34,059 nucleotides of DNA from an uncultured Burkholderiales bacterium (GCA_964598005.1 CAZRAL010000028.1:1-34059), one strand, 5' to 3'; counted from the stretch's first letter, positions 15,683-25,194 are shown. Program-made: numbers and translations. Notes: generated by a model not told the origin, from the letters alone.

Positions 15683-17802
15683 TTTAAAGCTTCCTCAAGC
15701 TTTATAGAGACGCGACTGACTTCAATCAATTCACTTGGTTTGATGAGCAGTTCGTTACCTTTACGGATGGCATCCACAAACATCTGTACACAGGCTTGTA
15801 CACCTTTGTCTTGTCGCCAAAGATTCATCTTATTGAATTTTTTCCAGCCCCAGCCTTTTAGTTTTATAAAATTATCAAGCTGTAATACTCGTCCTGCACA
15901 AAAAACTTCCAGTCGTTCCTTGGGGAAACTTTGATGGCCATTAGCTAAATAATGAATGGCTCCCACGCTGCCATTTTCAAATTGCAATATTATTATTACT
16001 TTATCAGCAGTTATTTGCAGAGAAGGGTGACGTCCTAACATAACCGCGGAATAGTGCATAATTGGGGCACCAGCTAAATGACGTAAAAGATCGACAAAGT
16101 GACAAGCCTCCCCGATGATTCGGCCACCGCCAATAGCCTTATCTTGCGTCCAATGGATTGGAGGAATCGCTCCGGCGTTAACGGTGACTATGAAATTCTT
16201 AGGCTCAATTACGGTATCAAGCAACGCTTTCATTTTTATTACTTGGGGGGCAAAGCGGCGGTTAAAACCAACCATTAAATGCTGTTTTGGACATGTCGCC
16301 AGTATCGATTCAATTTTTCCAAGTTCTTGCATATTTAAGCAGAGCGGTTTTTCTACAAACACATGTTTACCCGCGCGCAGAGCTTGCAATACCAAATTGG
16401 CATGACTATCGTGCCTTGTGGCGATTACTACAGTATTTATCGCCTTATTAGTGAGCATCGCATTGAGGTCAGTTGACATTTGTATAAAATCAAACTTATC
16501 CCCATAGTGGAGCCCATTGATTCCCCCGGTTGTTACCACCGTATGCAATGTTGCGCCTGCTATTTTAAATGCCGGCATTAACATACGCCCTGCGTAATTG
16601 CCAGCACCAACAAAACCGGCACATACAGGTTCTGGTGTACCGGATAATGTATTGAGGACTACCGTACGCTGCATTAGCAGGTCAGTAAGTTGCTTTGCTG
16701 TATAAATTATTAGGATACCTAGCGACTGGGTTGGGCTACTTAATAATGAATATGCTTTTTCCGCATCGTCCAAATTGAAACGATGGGAGATTAGCGGTTC
16801 AACATCAATCGCACCAGTTGCCATTAGGTCCAGTACAGCTTCGAAATTACGCTGTTCAGTCCAACGCACAAATCCTATTGGGTAATCATGCCCGCCTTCT
16901 TCATAAGCAGGGTCGTATCGGCCAGGACCATATGAGCAGGAAACTTGAAAACTCAATTCCTTTTCATAAAAATCAGCGCGCGACAACTCAAGGCCCGTAA
17001 CACCAACCAATACAATGCGTCCTCGCTGCCGGCACATTTTGGCCGCCTGGCTTACGGGGTCATTGCTTTTGGTTGAAGCCGTAATAATGACTGCATCTAC
17101 CCCTCGCCCCCGCGAAAATGCGACTGCCATATCCAGGGGATTGGCCCCTTTTGAAACATCAACTATTTCGGCACCAAAACGTTGTGCGAGCGCCAAACGC
17201 GAAGCATCCAAATCAATTCCCAATACCCTGCAACCCTGTGCCTTGAGCATCTGTACGGTCAACAATCCAATTAGCCCCAAGCCTGTGACCACTACACATT
17301 CACCTAATGTGGGATTGACCAAACGAATGCCCTGCAAACCAATAGCGGCTAACACCGTGAAAGCAGCATGTTCGTCGGAAACGACGTCTGGAATACATGC
17401 ACACAGATTCTGAGGTACACAGACTATCTCGGCATGTTTACCGTTAGATACGACTCGATCACCAAGTGTAAAATCACTGACACCGCTGCCAATTTCAGCA
17501 ACAACACCGACATTGCAATAGCCCAATGCGAGTGGTTGGTCGAGTTTGCTCTGCACTGCTTCCAATGTGGTTAACAGCCCATCTGTACGAATCTTGTCGA
17601 GCACTTGGCGTACTTTGTCGGGTTGTTGTCGTGCTTTGTCCAATAAATTGGCTTTGCCAAATTCAACCAGCATTCGTTCAGTCCCTGCAGACACAAGCGT
17701 CCGAGATGTTTGGATTAGGAGTTGGCCAGGCTTTACATTCGGCACCGAAATTTCAGCCACTTCCGTGGTGCCGGTTTTGAGGCTTTGTAATATCTGTTTC
17801 AT
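15679..17802 (-). CDS. Bi-domain oxidoreductase: N-terminal zinc/MDR-type alcohol dehydrogenase fused to C-terminal Gfo/Idh/MocA NAD(P)-oxidoreductase
   Basis: N-terminal half has the GroES-like fold plus VVVTGLGLIGLL Rossmann motif. C-terminal half has GFVGAGNYAGRMLMPAF ... EKP ... GFNRRF of Gfo/Idh/MocA. ATG 17802 (MKQILQS) preferred. The track start at 17826 is a TTG lying inside the IS inverted repeat. Confidence 0.75.
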   Translation of the reverse strand: MKQILQSLKTGTTEVAEISVPNVKPGQLLIQTSRTLVSAGTERMLVEFGKANLLDKARQQPDKVRQVLDKIRTDGLLTTLEAVQSKLDQPLALGYCNVGVVAEIGSGVSDFTLGDRVVSNGKHAEIVCVPQNLCACIPDVVSDEHAAFTVLAAIGLQGIRLVNPTLGECVVVTGLGLIGLLTVQMLKAQGCRVLGIDLDASRLALAQRFGAEIVDVSKGANPLDMAVAFSRGRGVDAVIITASTKSNDPVSQAAKMCRQRGRIVLVGVTGLELSRADFYEKELSFQVSCSYGPGRYDPAYEEGGHDYPIGFVRWTEQRNFEAVLDLMATGAIDVEPLISHRFNLDDAEKAYSLLSSPTQSLGILIIYTAKQLTDLLMQRTVVLNTLSGTPEPVCAGFVGAGNYAGRMLMPAFKIAGATLHTVVTTGGINGLHYGDKFDFIQMSTDLNAMLTNKAINTVVIATRHDSHANLVLQALRAGKHVFVEKPLCLNMQELGKIESILATCPKQHLMVGFNRRFAPQVIKMKALLDTVIEPKNFIVTVNAGAIPPIHWTQDKAIGGGRIIGEACHFVDLLRHLAGAPIMHYSAVMLGRHPSLQITADKVIIILQFENGSVGAIHYLANGHQSFPKERLEVFCAGRVLQLDNFIKLKGWGWKKFNKMNLWRQDKGVQACVQMFVDAIRKGNELLIKPSELIEVSRVSIKLEEALK

Positions 17803-17809
17803 ATTAAAC

Positions 17810-18552
17810 AGGGTCTTAGGAAGCAAACATGTGATTGATACATGCTAACTTCTTGAGATGATTGAGAAAAACAGGTACCTCACACGTTCCAAAATCAGTG
17901 AGGCTAAGTTTCGACAGATTGTGCGCCATTTTTCTCTTGATTTGACCGCCAATGAATGCGCAGCATTGACGGGTATTTCCGTGCGTAGCATCAATTCGAT
18001 TTACCTGCGCATGCGTCAGCGTACGGTGACTTAGTGCACTGAGCATTCGCCTTTTTCTGGCGAGCGTGAAGCCGATGAGTCTTACTTTGGTGCTCGTCGT
18101 GTGCGTGGTAAACGGGGCCGTGGAGCGGCTGGCAAAACGATCGTCTTTGGTCTGCTCAAACGCGGCGATCATGTCTACACAGAGATCGTGCCTAATGCCT
18201 CCAAAGCCACGTTGCAAACCATTATTAGAGGTAAAGTTGACCCTCACATCCATACTGACAGCTGGCGTGGTTATGACGGGTGGGTCGATATTGGCTTTGA
18301 TAAGCATTTTCGGGTCAATCACGGCAACAATGAATTCGTCAAAGGCTCCAATCATGTCAACGGCATTGAGTCTTTCTGGAGTTTTGCCAAGCGCAGATTG
18401 GCCAAATTCAATGGTATTGCCAAACACACTTTTGCTTTGCATTTGAAAGAGTGTGAGTTCCGCTTCAACCATCGTCATGACAACCTCTATCTGGCCCTGC
18501 TAAGGTTATTTAGAAATAACCCTCTATAATCAAGTTTGCTTCCTAAGACCCT
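17810..18552 (+). mobile_element. IS1595-family (IS1016-group) insertion sequence, 743 bp, with perfect 19-bp terminal inverted repeats AGGGTCTTAGGAAGCAAAC
   Basis: 17810-17828 equals the reverse complement of 18534-18552. IRs extend imperfectly to about 27 bp. Flanked by AAAC on both sides (17806-17809 / 18553-18556). Encodes an IS1016-like transposase. Confidence 0.8.
17858..18529 (+). pseudogene. IS1016-like (IS1595 family) transposase interrupted by an in-frame TAG at 18032-18034
   Basis: N part 17858-18031 (MIEKNRYLTRSKISEAKFRQIVRHFSLDLTANECAALTGISVRSINSIYLRMRQRTVT*) and C part (..EHSPFSGEREADESYFGARRVRGKRGRGAAGKTIVFGLLKRG ... WRGYDG ... GIESFWSFAKRRLAKFNGI ... HLKECEFRFNHR) are in one frame (18032-17858 = 174 = 58x3). 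Matches IS1016 transposase from memory. Confidence 0.7.
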
Positions 18553-18559
18553 AAACGGT

Positions 18560-19327
18560 TTAGCTGGGCAGTAAAGCTTCTTTTCCTGCGCGGTTGGGGT
18601 AATTAATCAACACTGCACGATACTTACCCTTAAAAACAAAAAGGCTCCCAGCGGCAGCGCCAATAATACCGTAACGATTGATCAGTTCTTTTAAATCATC
18701 AAATGAACCTGCTCCGCCGAGCACAGTCAGTGGCAGATGAACCGCCTGCCGAACCAGCTCAACCAAGTCCAGGTCATAACCTTTCATCTTGCCATCCCGA
18801 TCCACCGAGTTGACCACTATCTCGCCTGCGCCTAACTCCGCCATTTGACGCGCGAATTCAACAGGATTAAGCCCTGTTCGGCGAGAACCATTGTGCGTTA
18901 CCACTTCGTAGCGACGAAGCAAACTCGTTTTCTTAATATCAATTACTACGACCACGCTCTGACTACCAACCCGCGAGGCAGCATCAGAAATGAGTTTCGG
19001 GTTCTCCACCGCCGCCGAACTGACGGCAACCTTTTCGACGCCAAGACTGATGATCTTCTCTATCTGCGCCACCGTACGTACGCCACCTCCATAACAAAGC
19101 GGCGCCCTGCATTCCGAGGCAAGGTGTGAAATCATCTGGTAGTCTGGTTCGGCACCCTTGACTGTAGCATCAATATCGACCACCACCAGTTCATCAACCT
19201 CTTTCTCATTGTAAATCCGAACCGCATTGATCGGATCCCCCACGTACTTCGGGTTGCCAAAATTAACGGTCTTGACGAGGCCGCTGTTGTGAACTAACAA
19301 ACAGGGTATCAGTCGGGGACGTAGCAT
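18560..19327 (-). CDS. wbuZ: HisF-like cyclase subunit (imidazole-glycerol-phosphate-synthase paralog; WbuZ-type)
   Basis: MLRPRLIPCLLV ... VDELVVVDIDA ... GGGVRT ... VSSAAVENP match the HisF (beta/alpha)8 signature. Start ATG 19327 overlaps the hisH-like stop. Confidence 0.75.
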   Translation of the reverse strand: MLRPRLIPCLLVHNSGLVKTVNFGNPKYVGDPINAVRIYNEKEVDELVVVDIDATVKGAEPDYQMISHLASECRAPLCYGGGVRTVAQIEKIISLGVEKVAVSSAAVENPKLISDAASRVGSQSVVVVIDIKKTSLLRRYEVVTHNGSRRTGLNPVEFARQMAELGAGEIVVNSVDRDGKMKGYDLDLVELVRQAVHLPLTVLGGAGSFDDLKELINRYGIIGAAAGSLFVFKGKYRAVLINYPNRAGKEALLPS

Positions 19328-19941
19328 CAGCCAAGCTCCGCGAAATTCTTCAACAGGCGGACACCCCACTGGTGGCTTTTTTCCGGATGGAATTGCGTTC
19401 CATATACATTTCTGGAGCGTACCGCTGAAGTGAATATCAAGCCATAGTTGGAAGTAGCCAGGATATTTTCTTCGTGGTCCGGTTTCATATAATAGGAATG
19501 CAAAAAATAGTAGCGGGGTGCGTCCAACCCAGAAAAAAGGCTGTCAGTTCTTAAGGGGGTCGCATCGTTCCACCCCATATGCGGAAGGTGGGTCTTGCCC
19601 TCAAGCAAACGGGTATCGAATTTGACGACCGTTGCATCAATCCACCCCAAACCCGGCAGCCTTCCCTCTTCACTAGAGCGAGCCATCATCTGCATACCCA
19701 CGCAAATGCCCAATACCGGTTTCCCCCCCCCAAGGACTTCTTCGTCCAGGGCTTCACGCAAGCCCGATTCCTGGAGACGGGTCATTGCCCAGTCAAATGC
19801 GCCGACGCCAGGAAGAATGATCCGGGAAGCCCTGTGTAAATCATTCTCGGTACGTGCCGCCCATGCCTCAATTCCGAGATGTCGATAAATATTGGCAAAA
19901 GCCTGAATGTTGCCTAGGCCATAATCAACCAGCGCAATCAT
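19327..19941 (-). CDS. wbuY: HisH-like class-I glutamine amidotransferase subunit (WbuY-type)
   Basis: MIALVDYGLGNIQAF ... LPGVGAF ... GICVGMQ (catalytic Cys) ... HLPHMGWN ... SYY. Confidence 0.8.
   Translation of the reverse strand: MIALVDYGLGNIQAFANIYRHLGIEAWAARTENDLHRASRIILPGVGAFDWAMTRLQESGLREALDEEVLGGGKPVLGICVGMQMMARSSEEGRLPGLGWIDATVVKFDTRLLEGKTHLPHMGWNDATPLRTDSLFSGLDAPRYYFLHSYYMKPDHEENILATSNYGLIFTSAVRSRNVYGTQFHPEKSHQWGVRLLKNFAELG
19723..19731. repeat. Homopolymeric C9 (G9 on the coding strand) inside the hisH-like gene, currently in frame (encodes GGG in EEVLGGGKPVL)
   Basis: Read directly: ggtttcccccccccaagg. Longest G/C homopolymer seen in the window. Confidence 0.9.
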
Positions 19942-21083
19942 CGCTTGCCGCCAATTTCCAGGCCCATAGCCCGCATTACCCGTGCGCCGTAATCATAAAG
20001 CTGCCGCTGATTTTTGTAATCCTTGTAGGTTTTGTGAGGTAGCTTCATGTAGCTGTTAAGCTCATCCACAGTGATGCCCAGCTTGTTCGCCACAAACTCG
20101 ATTTCCTGAGCAATCGTGGTTTCATCGTAACTAGGCTTCTTGAGGAGCTCGATGGCTTCTTCGCGGGCCATCTGCCCGGTAACAATCAGGCTGGAATACT
20201 GAATGCGGCGAACATCGTATCCAAACCGCTTAGGCAGCCAGTAACTCTCGTAGAATTTCGTAAAACGGGACTCGAAGTGCTTTTGTGAATAAGGCTGCCA
20301 CCCAAAACGATCAATCAAAAGCTGCTTGGCCTCTTCCTTGATGTAGGGCACCATATTCAGCGGGCGGACAACCTTGATACCTTTGAAATATGGCAGCCAC
20401 ACCTTATGCCACAGAATTGATGTCACTGGGAAGGTCTTGAGTGGCCGAGCGCCGAATTGGCGGTGAATATCTCGAAGTTGGCGCGAATCAGATTGGTAAT
20501 ACATCCACTCGATAGGATTGCGAATGCATTCAGTCGACAGATTCGCGCCGGTGAGGATGTATTTGACCTTATGCTGCGTCGCAAATTTGTACATTGTGGC
20601 GAAGAATGCATGATCCTGTGGCGTGTCAATGTGCGGAACGCCGGACTTAAAAAAAGCCAGCTGCAAATCACGCATCTCTTGCCAATCAATTACCTCGGTG
20701 AACAGATCGAGCCCTAGTCCATCGATCAGACGCTCGATGTTATTAACCGCAATTTGCGAGTTCCAGCCTGCATCGACATGGAACACCAGCGGACGCAACC
20801 CCATCTTTTCCTTTGCGATGTAAGTCAGATATGAGCTATCAATTCCGCCGCTCATGCCGATGATGCAGTCAAAATCCTTTCCTCTCCCATCATGTTTGAT
20901 AGCCTCAACTAAGCTGGCAAGCTTTGCTCCACCGCCAACTCCGGTATCCCAGCTAGGCAGAGTGACATTTTTGAAAGTGTTGCAGTGATCACAAACTCCC
21001 TGATCATCAAAAATAATCATTGAGTCCGTCGTGTCCATGACACACGAAGTGCAAATTTGGTAGTTGCGGTCAGTCATATGCAT
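19938..21083 (-). CDS. wbuX: N-acetyl sugar amidotransferase (PP-loop ATP pyrophosphatase; WbuX/PseA-like LPS biosynthesis protein)
   Basis: N-terminal Cys cluster (CTSC ... CDHC) and the GMSGGIDSS PP-loop. Co-located with hisH/hisF-like genes as in the wbuXYZ acetamidino-sugar modules. Confidence 0.75.
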   Translation of the reverse strand: MHMTDRNYQICTSCVMDTTDSMIIFDDQGVCDHCNTFKNVTLPSWDTGVGGGAKLASLVEAIKHDGRGKDFDCIIGMSGGIDSSYLTYIAKEKMGLRPLVFHVDAGWNSQIAVNNIERLIDGLGLDLFTEVIDWQEMRDLQLAFFKSGVPHIDTPQDHAFFATMYKFATQHKVKYILTGANLSTECIRNPIEWMYYQSDSRQLRDIHRQFGARPLKTFPVTSILWHKVWLPYFKGIKVVRPLNMVPYIKEEAKQLLIDRFGWQPYSQKHFESRFTKFYESYWLPKRFGYDVRRIQYSSLIVTGQMAREEAIELLKKPSYDETTIAQEIEFVANKLGITVDELNSYMKLPHKTYKDYKNQRQLYDYGARVMRAMGLEIGGKR

Positions 21084-22265
21084 CTAGCCATGAGTATGTT
21101 TGTAGGTGTCAGCGAGAAACGACCAGGTTTCCCGCGCACATCGTTCCCAAGAATAGCGGGTGGCCAGAATTTTGGCACGCAGGGCCAGCCGTCGCCGCAA
21201 ATCCGGATCGTCAATCAACTTGCGAAGTGCGTTGGCGATAGACTCGGGCACTTCGGGATCAAAATATTCGCCAGCATCTTCCAGAACCTCCGGCATAGGG
21301 CCGCGCCAAGAGCAGGCAATCGGCAATCCCGCAGCCATGGCCTCCACCAGCGTATTGGGCATGTTTTCACAACTGGAAGCGAACACAAAAATATCAGCCT
21401 CAGCCAGATAACCGGGCAAATCCGCCTGCGGAACAAATTTTTCTTGGGTTACAAATTCTCCTCGGAGGTCTGAAAGTGTCATTTGCTGGCGTAACTTCCG
21501 CTGTGCAGGGCCACTTCCGCCTCCAACCAAAGTCAAAGTGGCATTGATCCCCTCGATCCTCAACTGCTCAACCGCACGAATCACCATCCATTGGTGCTTG
21601 TACCAAGCGGCATTGGAAATGTAGAGGAATCTGATTGGTCGCTCTCCATTAACGGGCCAGGGCAACGTATGTGTTAATTCTTGGAAATTCTGGCCGACAC
21701 CGTGCGGAATAAACGCTACACGTCGAAGTGGACCACAAGATTGCTGAATCAGTCGTGCCGCGTGTTTAGTCAGGAACACCGCACCATCTGCCCGGCGCAA
21801 CGATCGATTCTGCACATAACGCAAGAGGACCAAGCGCAGCCGGGCCTTGCTCCACCCATACCGCTCAAGCTCGCCAGGTTCATACGACAGCATGTCACGA
21901 CTCATGGTTACCGATGGACTGACGCTGGACATCGTGCCCGCATCCGTATTGAGCATGATGTCGCAGCCGGCATCACGCACCTCTGCTGGAAGTTGAAAAA
22001 TCTGCCAGAGAACTTGTTGAACAAGAGATTTTTCTAACGCAGGCGGGTTATGCTTAATCAGCCACGATTGGTCAGGTACCGCATCCAGAAGCGATTTATA
22101 AGCCCAAAGATGGACTTGCCGAATACCGTGATCATGAGGATTGCCTCGCGCAATCAACCCGATCAAATGCGCTTTGGCACCGCCGGAGCGGTTTCTGGAT
22201 GCATCAACTCCGACAACAATACCTCCCGGAGTTGTTTTACTGATCTCTGGCATCATCAAATTCAT
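21084..22265 (-). CDS. Glycosyltransferase family 4 (GT-B, RfaG-like)
   Basis: C-terminal FVFASSCENMPNTLVEAMAAGLPIACS E-x7-E-type motif. Start overlaps the upstream stop (ATGA). Confidence 0.7.
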   Translation of the reverse strand: MNLMMPEISKTTPGGIVVGVDASRNRSGGAKAHLIGLIARGNPHDHGIRQVHLWAYKSLLDAVPDQSWLIKHNPPALEKSLVQQVLWQIFQLPAEVRDAGCDIMLNTDAGTMSSVSPSVTMSRDMLSYEPGELERYGWSKARLRLVLLRYVQNRSLRRADGAVFLTKHAARLIQQSCGPLRRVAFIPHGVGQNFQELTHTLPWPVNGERPIRFLYISNAAWYKHQWMVIRAVEQLRIEGINATLTLVGGGSGPAQRKLRQQMTLSDLRGEFVTQEKFVPQADLPGYLAEADIFVFASSCENMPNTLVEAMAAGLPIACSWRGPMPEVLEDAGEYFDPEVPESIANALRKLIDDPDLRRRLALRAKILATRYSWERCARETWSFLADTYKHTHG

Positions 22266-23263
22266 TGAGTTGGCTTACGTCCTCGAGTCACAAGATGACC
22301 AGCTTTGAGCACCTCAATTTGCTCTATCTGCGCCTGCTCCATGTAAGACCGCGCTGATTTATTAGTTTGCGGGCTGTCATACGTAGGAGGAAACCAGTCG
22401 AAGGTATCCAACAAGGTCCACTCTCTCAATTGTTTTTCGCTAGGCGGCAAGATCCCGTCATAGTTCGCCACGGGTATTGCGCACTTGAGGAGTTTGCCCA
22501 CTGCGAGGATTCGTCCAAGCGTGCAGCTTACAGGGAGTAAGATAGATACGATCGTTTCAAGCAGAGGAAATAACTTTTGTTTTGACATGTCCTTGGTAAA
22601 TGGACATAACCAGTATTTTGGAAGCAGAAGATTTTTAAAAGACTTTTCGTAATAATCGACACAAAGATATCCCCCTGCCCGCACAATCGGTGGAAGCACT
22701 GCAAAAGCCTTGGCTACATTTGGCGTACGTTGAAGTACCCCTAGGAAATAGACGAAGGAGAAAGTATCCGGGGCAAATGGCAAAGAATAAATATCGCCTT
22801 GAATTACATGCAGATTCGGATGGTGGCGCAGATTTGCGTAACAAGCATCCACGGCGCTAGAGTAATCCAGTGCCACAACCTGGGCACCGCTACTAAGGGC
22901 GACTTCTGCAAACCTACCGGATCCACAGCCTACGCCTTTATCCTTCATTTCTGCCGGATTCCACCCTGTGGCTTCCCAAAACCGATCAGCAGAAATGCTA
23001 TTTCCCGAATGACCATCGAGCTGAGTTTTCGCGAAGTAATTCCATTGCATACCAAAGTTGTCAGCATAGTTGGATTCCGGCACGAAGCGAGGAATGCCAT
23101 ATCGTATCGAATAGCGATGCTCACTAACTTTACTGATAAGCCAGCCATCCATAATCTCTACATCAGGGCTGGAATCTGACAGTGATGCCTCAGGCACCGT
23201 TTCTAGCACAAGGCTCTGCCCGCTTTGCGGACAACGTAGATGCTGAAGAAGAGCTAGTTTCAT
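22262..23263 (-). CDS. SAM-dependent methyltransferase with an N-terminal Trm112-like zinc-ribbon segment
   Basis: LLQHLRCPQSGQSL (Trm112p-like CP motif) and GVGCGSGRFAEVAL (motif I). Confidence 0.6.
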   Translation of the reverse strand: MKLALLQHLRCPQSGQSLVLETVPEASLSDSSPDVEIMDGWLISKVSEHRYSIRYGIPRFVPESNYADNFGMQWNYFAKTQLDGHSGNSISADRFWEATGWNPAEMKDKGVGCGSGRFAEVALSSGAQVVALDYSSAVDACYANLRHHPNLHVIQGDIYSLPFAPDTFSFVYFLGVLQRTPNVAKAFAVLPPIVRAGGYLCVDYYEKSFKNLLLPKYWLCPFTKDMSKQKLFPLLETIVSILLPVSCTLGRILAVGKLLKCAIPVANYDGILPPSEKQLREWTLLDTFDWFPPTYDSPQTNKSARSYMEQAQIEQIEVLKAGHLVTRGRKPTQ

Positions 23264-23299
23264 TGAAATAGTAATCTTTAAATGTACCCATTAAAACCA

Positions 23300-25162
23300 T
23301 TAAAGTCTAGCGCCATAAATTTTCCGCCACAACTCAAACTGCACCAGAGAAAACAAACGCTCTCCGTTGCTTCGCCCTTGATCCTGACCTTTCAGCAATG
23401 AATGTACCGTAGAGGTATCGAACAGGCAGTCTCGGCTCGACAAGGTATCCCAGAACAGTTCCCGGAACGGTCCGGCCTTGAGCCACTCAGCCAATGGAAT
23501 TGAGAAACCCTGCTTTCGCTGTGAATCAAACTCGGGCGGTAGCACCCGCGCAGCAAGCCGTTTAAGTAGTATTTTCCTTTTGCTGACTGTTGCTTTCAGA
23601 TGGGAAGGCACTTGCCCAAAGGCGAACTCGATGATCCGAAGGTCGAGCAACGGTGCCCGCACCTCCAAAGAATTAAGCATGCTGGCCCGATCTACCTTCA
23701 CCAGAATGTCTTCCGCTAAGTAGTCTTGGAAATCCATCCGCGTCGACCGCTGTAGCAAATCTGGTTGGCTTGGAACGCGACCTGCGCAGATGGCCTCGGC
23801 GACAATTGGGTGTCCCGGATGGCCTCGCATCAATCGACTGCGTGTAGTTGCATCGAAATAGTTGGCAATCAAGGGCAGACTGTGGCCTAAGTCCATGTCC
23901 AACCCTTGCAGGTAGTTTCTTCCCTTTAGACCGACTGGCAGCCATTGCTCGGCCACTGCCGAAACACTGTGTCGTAACCAGCTTGGAATATGCGCCAACT
24001 GCTGCTGCATCCACAGTAATCGGCTGTGATGTTTATAGCCACCAAACAGTTCATCGCCGCCATCACCGCCCAAGGCAACGCTGCAGTGCTGGCGTACCAG
24101 ACTACTGACTAGCCAAGTAGGAAACATGGAGGAATCCACCATGGGTTCATCGAACTGGCGCGCAAGAGTAGGCAACAGGTCGACGGTAGTGGGTTCAGCC
24201 ATCATTTCTATATGCTCGGTTCCAAAAAAGCGAGCAATCAGCCGTGCGTGTGGGGTTTCGTCCAGATTGCCGTGTCCAGGAAAACCGATGCTGAAAGTGC
24301 GTACTTGACGTGATCTGCGTACAGCCATAGCTGTGATCAGACTAGAATCGACCCCACCGCTTAGGAGAACACCTACTGGCACATCCGCTACCAACTGCCG
24401 ACCCACTGCATCTTCCAACAGGGACTCCAGTTCATCGAGCAGGGAGGCCTCATTGATTGCTCCCGCAACGGATTGCAACTCCGGCAACTGCCAATAGCGC
24501 CAGACCTTGGTCACACCCTGATGCAGATCAAAAGTCATGGCATGCGCCGGTGGCAGCTTGTGATAACCCAGCAGGATGCACCGATCTCCAGGGACAAAGC
24601 CCATGGTCAAGTAGCAGTCCATGGCCTCCGGGTCGATGCGCCTAGGCAAGCCTGGGTGTGCTAGCAGTGCCTTTAACTCCGAAGCATAGAAAAGCCTTCC
24701 GCGATCAAGTCGATAAAACAGCGGCTTCTCTCCCGTCCGATCACGGGCAAGAAAGAGTCGCTGGTGGCGAGTATCGTAAATGGCAAAGGCAAACATTCCA
24801 TTAAGATGCGAAAGGCAATCTGTACCCCACTCGGCGTAGGCAGCTAAAAGCACTTCGGTATCGCTGTGGGAACGAAATCCATGTCCGCAAAGTTCGAGTT
24901 CATTACGTAACTCAGCGAAGTTGTATATCTCACCATTAAAGACGATGACAATATTCCGAGAATAAAAATGCATAGGCTGATGCCCAAGTGGAGATAAATC
25001 CAAAATGGACAATCTACGATGAGCCATGCCCACACGGGAATCCTCGGACCACCACTCCCCGGCATCATCTGGGCCACGATGTTTCATGGTGTCGCGACCG
25101 ATGCGCAACCAAGAACGATTAGTTTGCCGGTCTATGGAAGCGACACCAACTATACCGCACAT
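23300..25162 (-). CDS. Asparagine synthetase B-like glutamine-dependent amidotransferase (WbpS-type), paralog 1
   Basis: MCGIVG N-terminal nucleophile Cys2. SGGVDSS PP-loop. About 620 aa. Start placed at MCGIVG (25162) rather than the track's 25195. Confidence 0.8.
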   Translation of the reverse strand: MCGIVGVASIDRQTNRSWLRIGRDTMKHRGPDDAGEWWSEDSRVGMAHRRLSILDLSPLGHQPMHFYSRNIVIVFNGEIYNFAELRNELELCGHGFRSHSDTEVLLAAYAEWGTDCLSHLNGMFAFAIYDTRHQRLFLARDRTGEKPLFYRLDRGRLFYASELKALLAHPGLPRRIDPEAMDCYLTMGFVPGDRCILLGYHKLPPAHAMTFDLHQGVTKVWRYWQLPELQSVAGAINEASLLDELESLLEDAVGRQLVADVPVGVLLSGGVDSSLITAMAVRRSRQVRTFSIGFPGHGNLDETPHARLIARFFGTEHIEMMAEPTTVDLLPTLARQFDEPMVDSSMFPTWLVSSLVRQHCSVALGGDGGDELFGGYKHHSRLLWMQQQLAHIPSWLRHSVSAVAEQWLPVGLKGRNYLQGLDMDLGHSLPLIANYFDATTRSRLMRGHPGHPIVAEAICAGRVPSQPDLLQRSTRMDFQDYLAEDILVKVDRASMLNSLEVRAPLLDLRIIEFAFGQVPSHLKATVSKRKILLKRLAARVLPPEFDSQRKQGFSIPLAEWLKAGPFRELFWDTLSSRDCLFDTSTVHSLLKGQDQGRSNGERLFSLVQFELWRKIYGARL

Positions 25163-25194
25163 ATTTTTTACAATTCTTAATTGGTCGGCTATCA

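Noticed and set aside
17802-17826. TTG at 17826 as start of the bi-domain oxidoreductase
   Set aside because: It would place the first 8 codons inside the IS1016-like inverted repeat. ATG 17802 (MKQILQS...) is the conserved-looking start just outside the IS.
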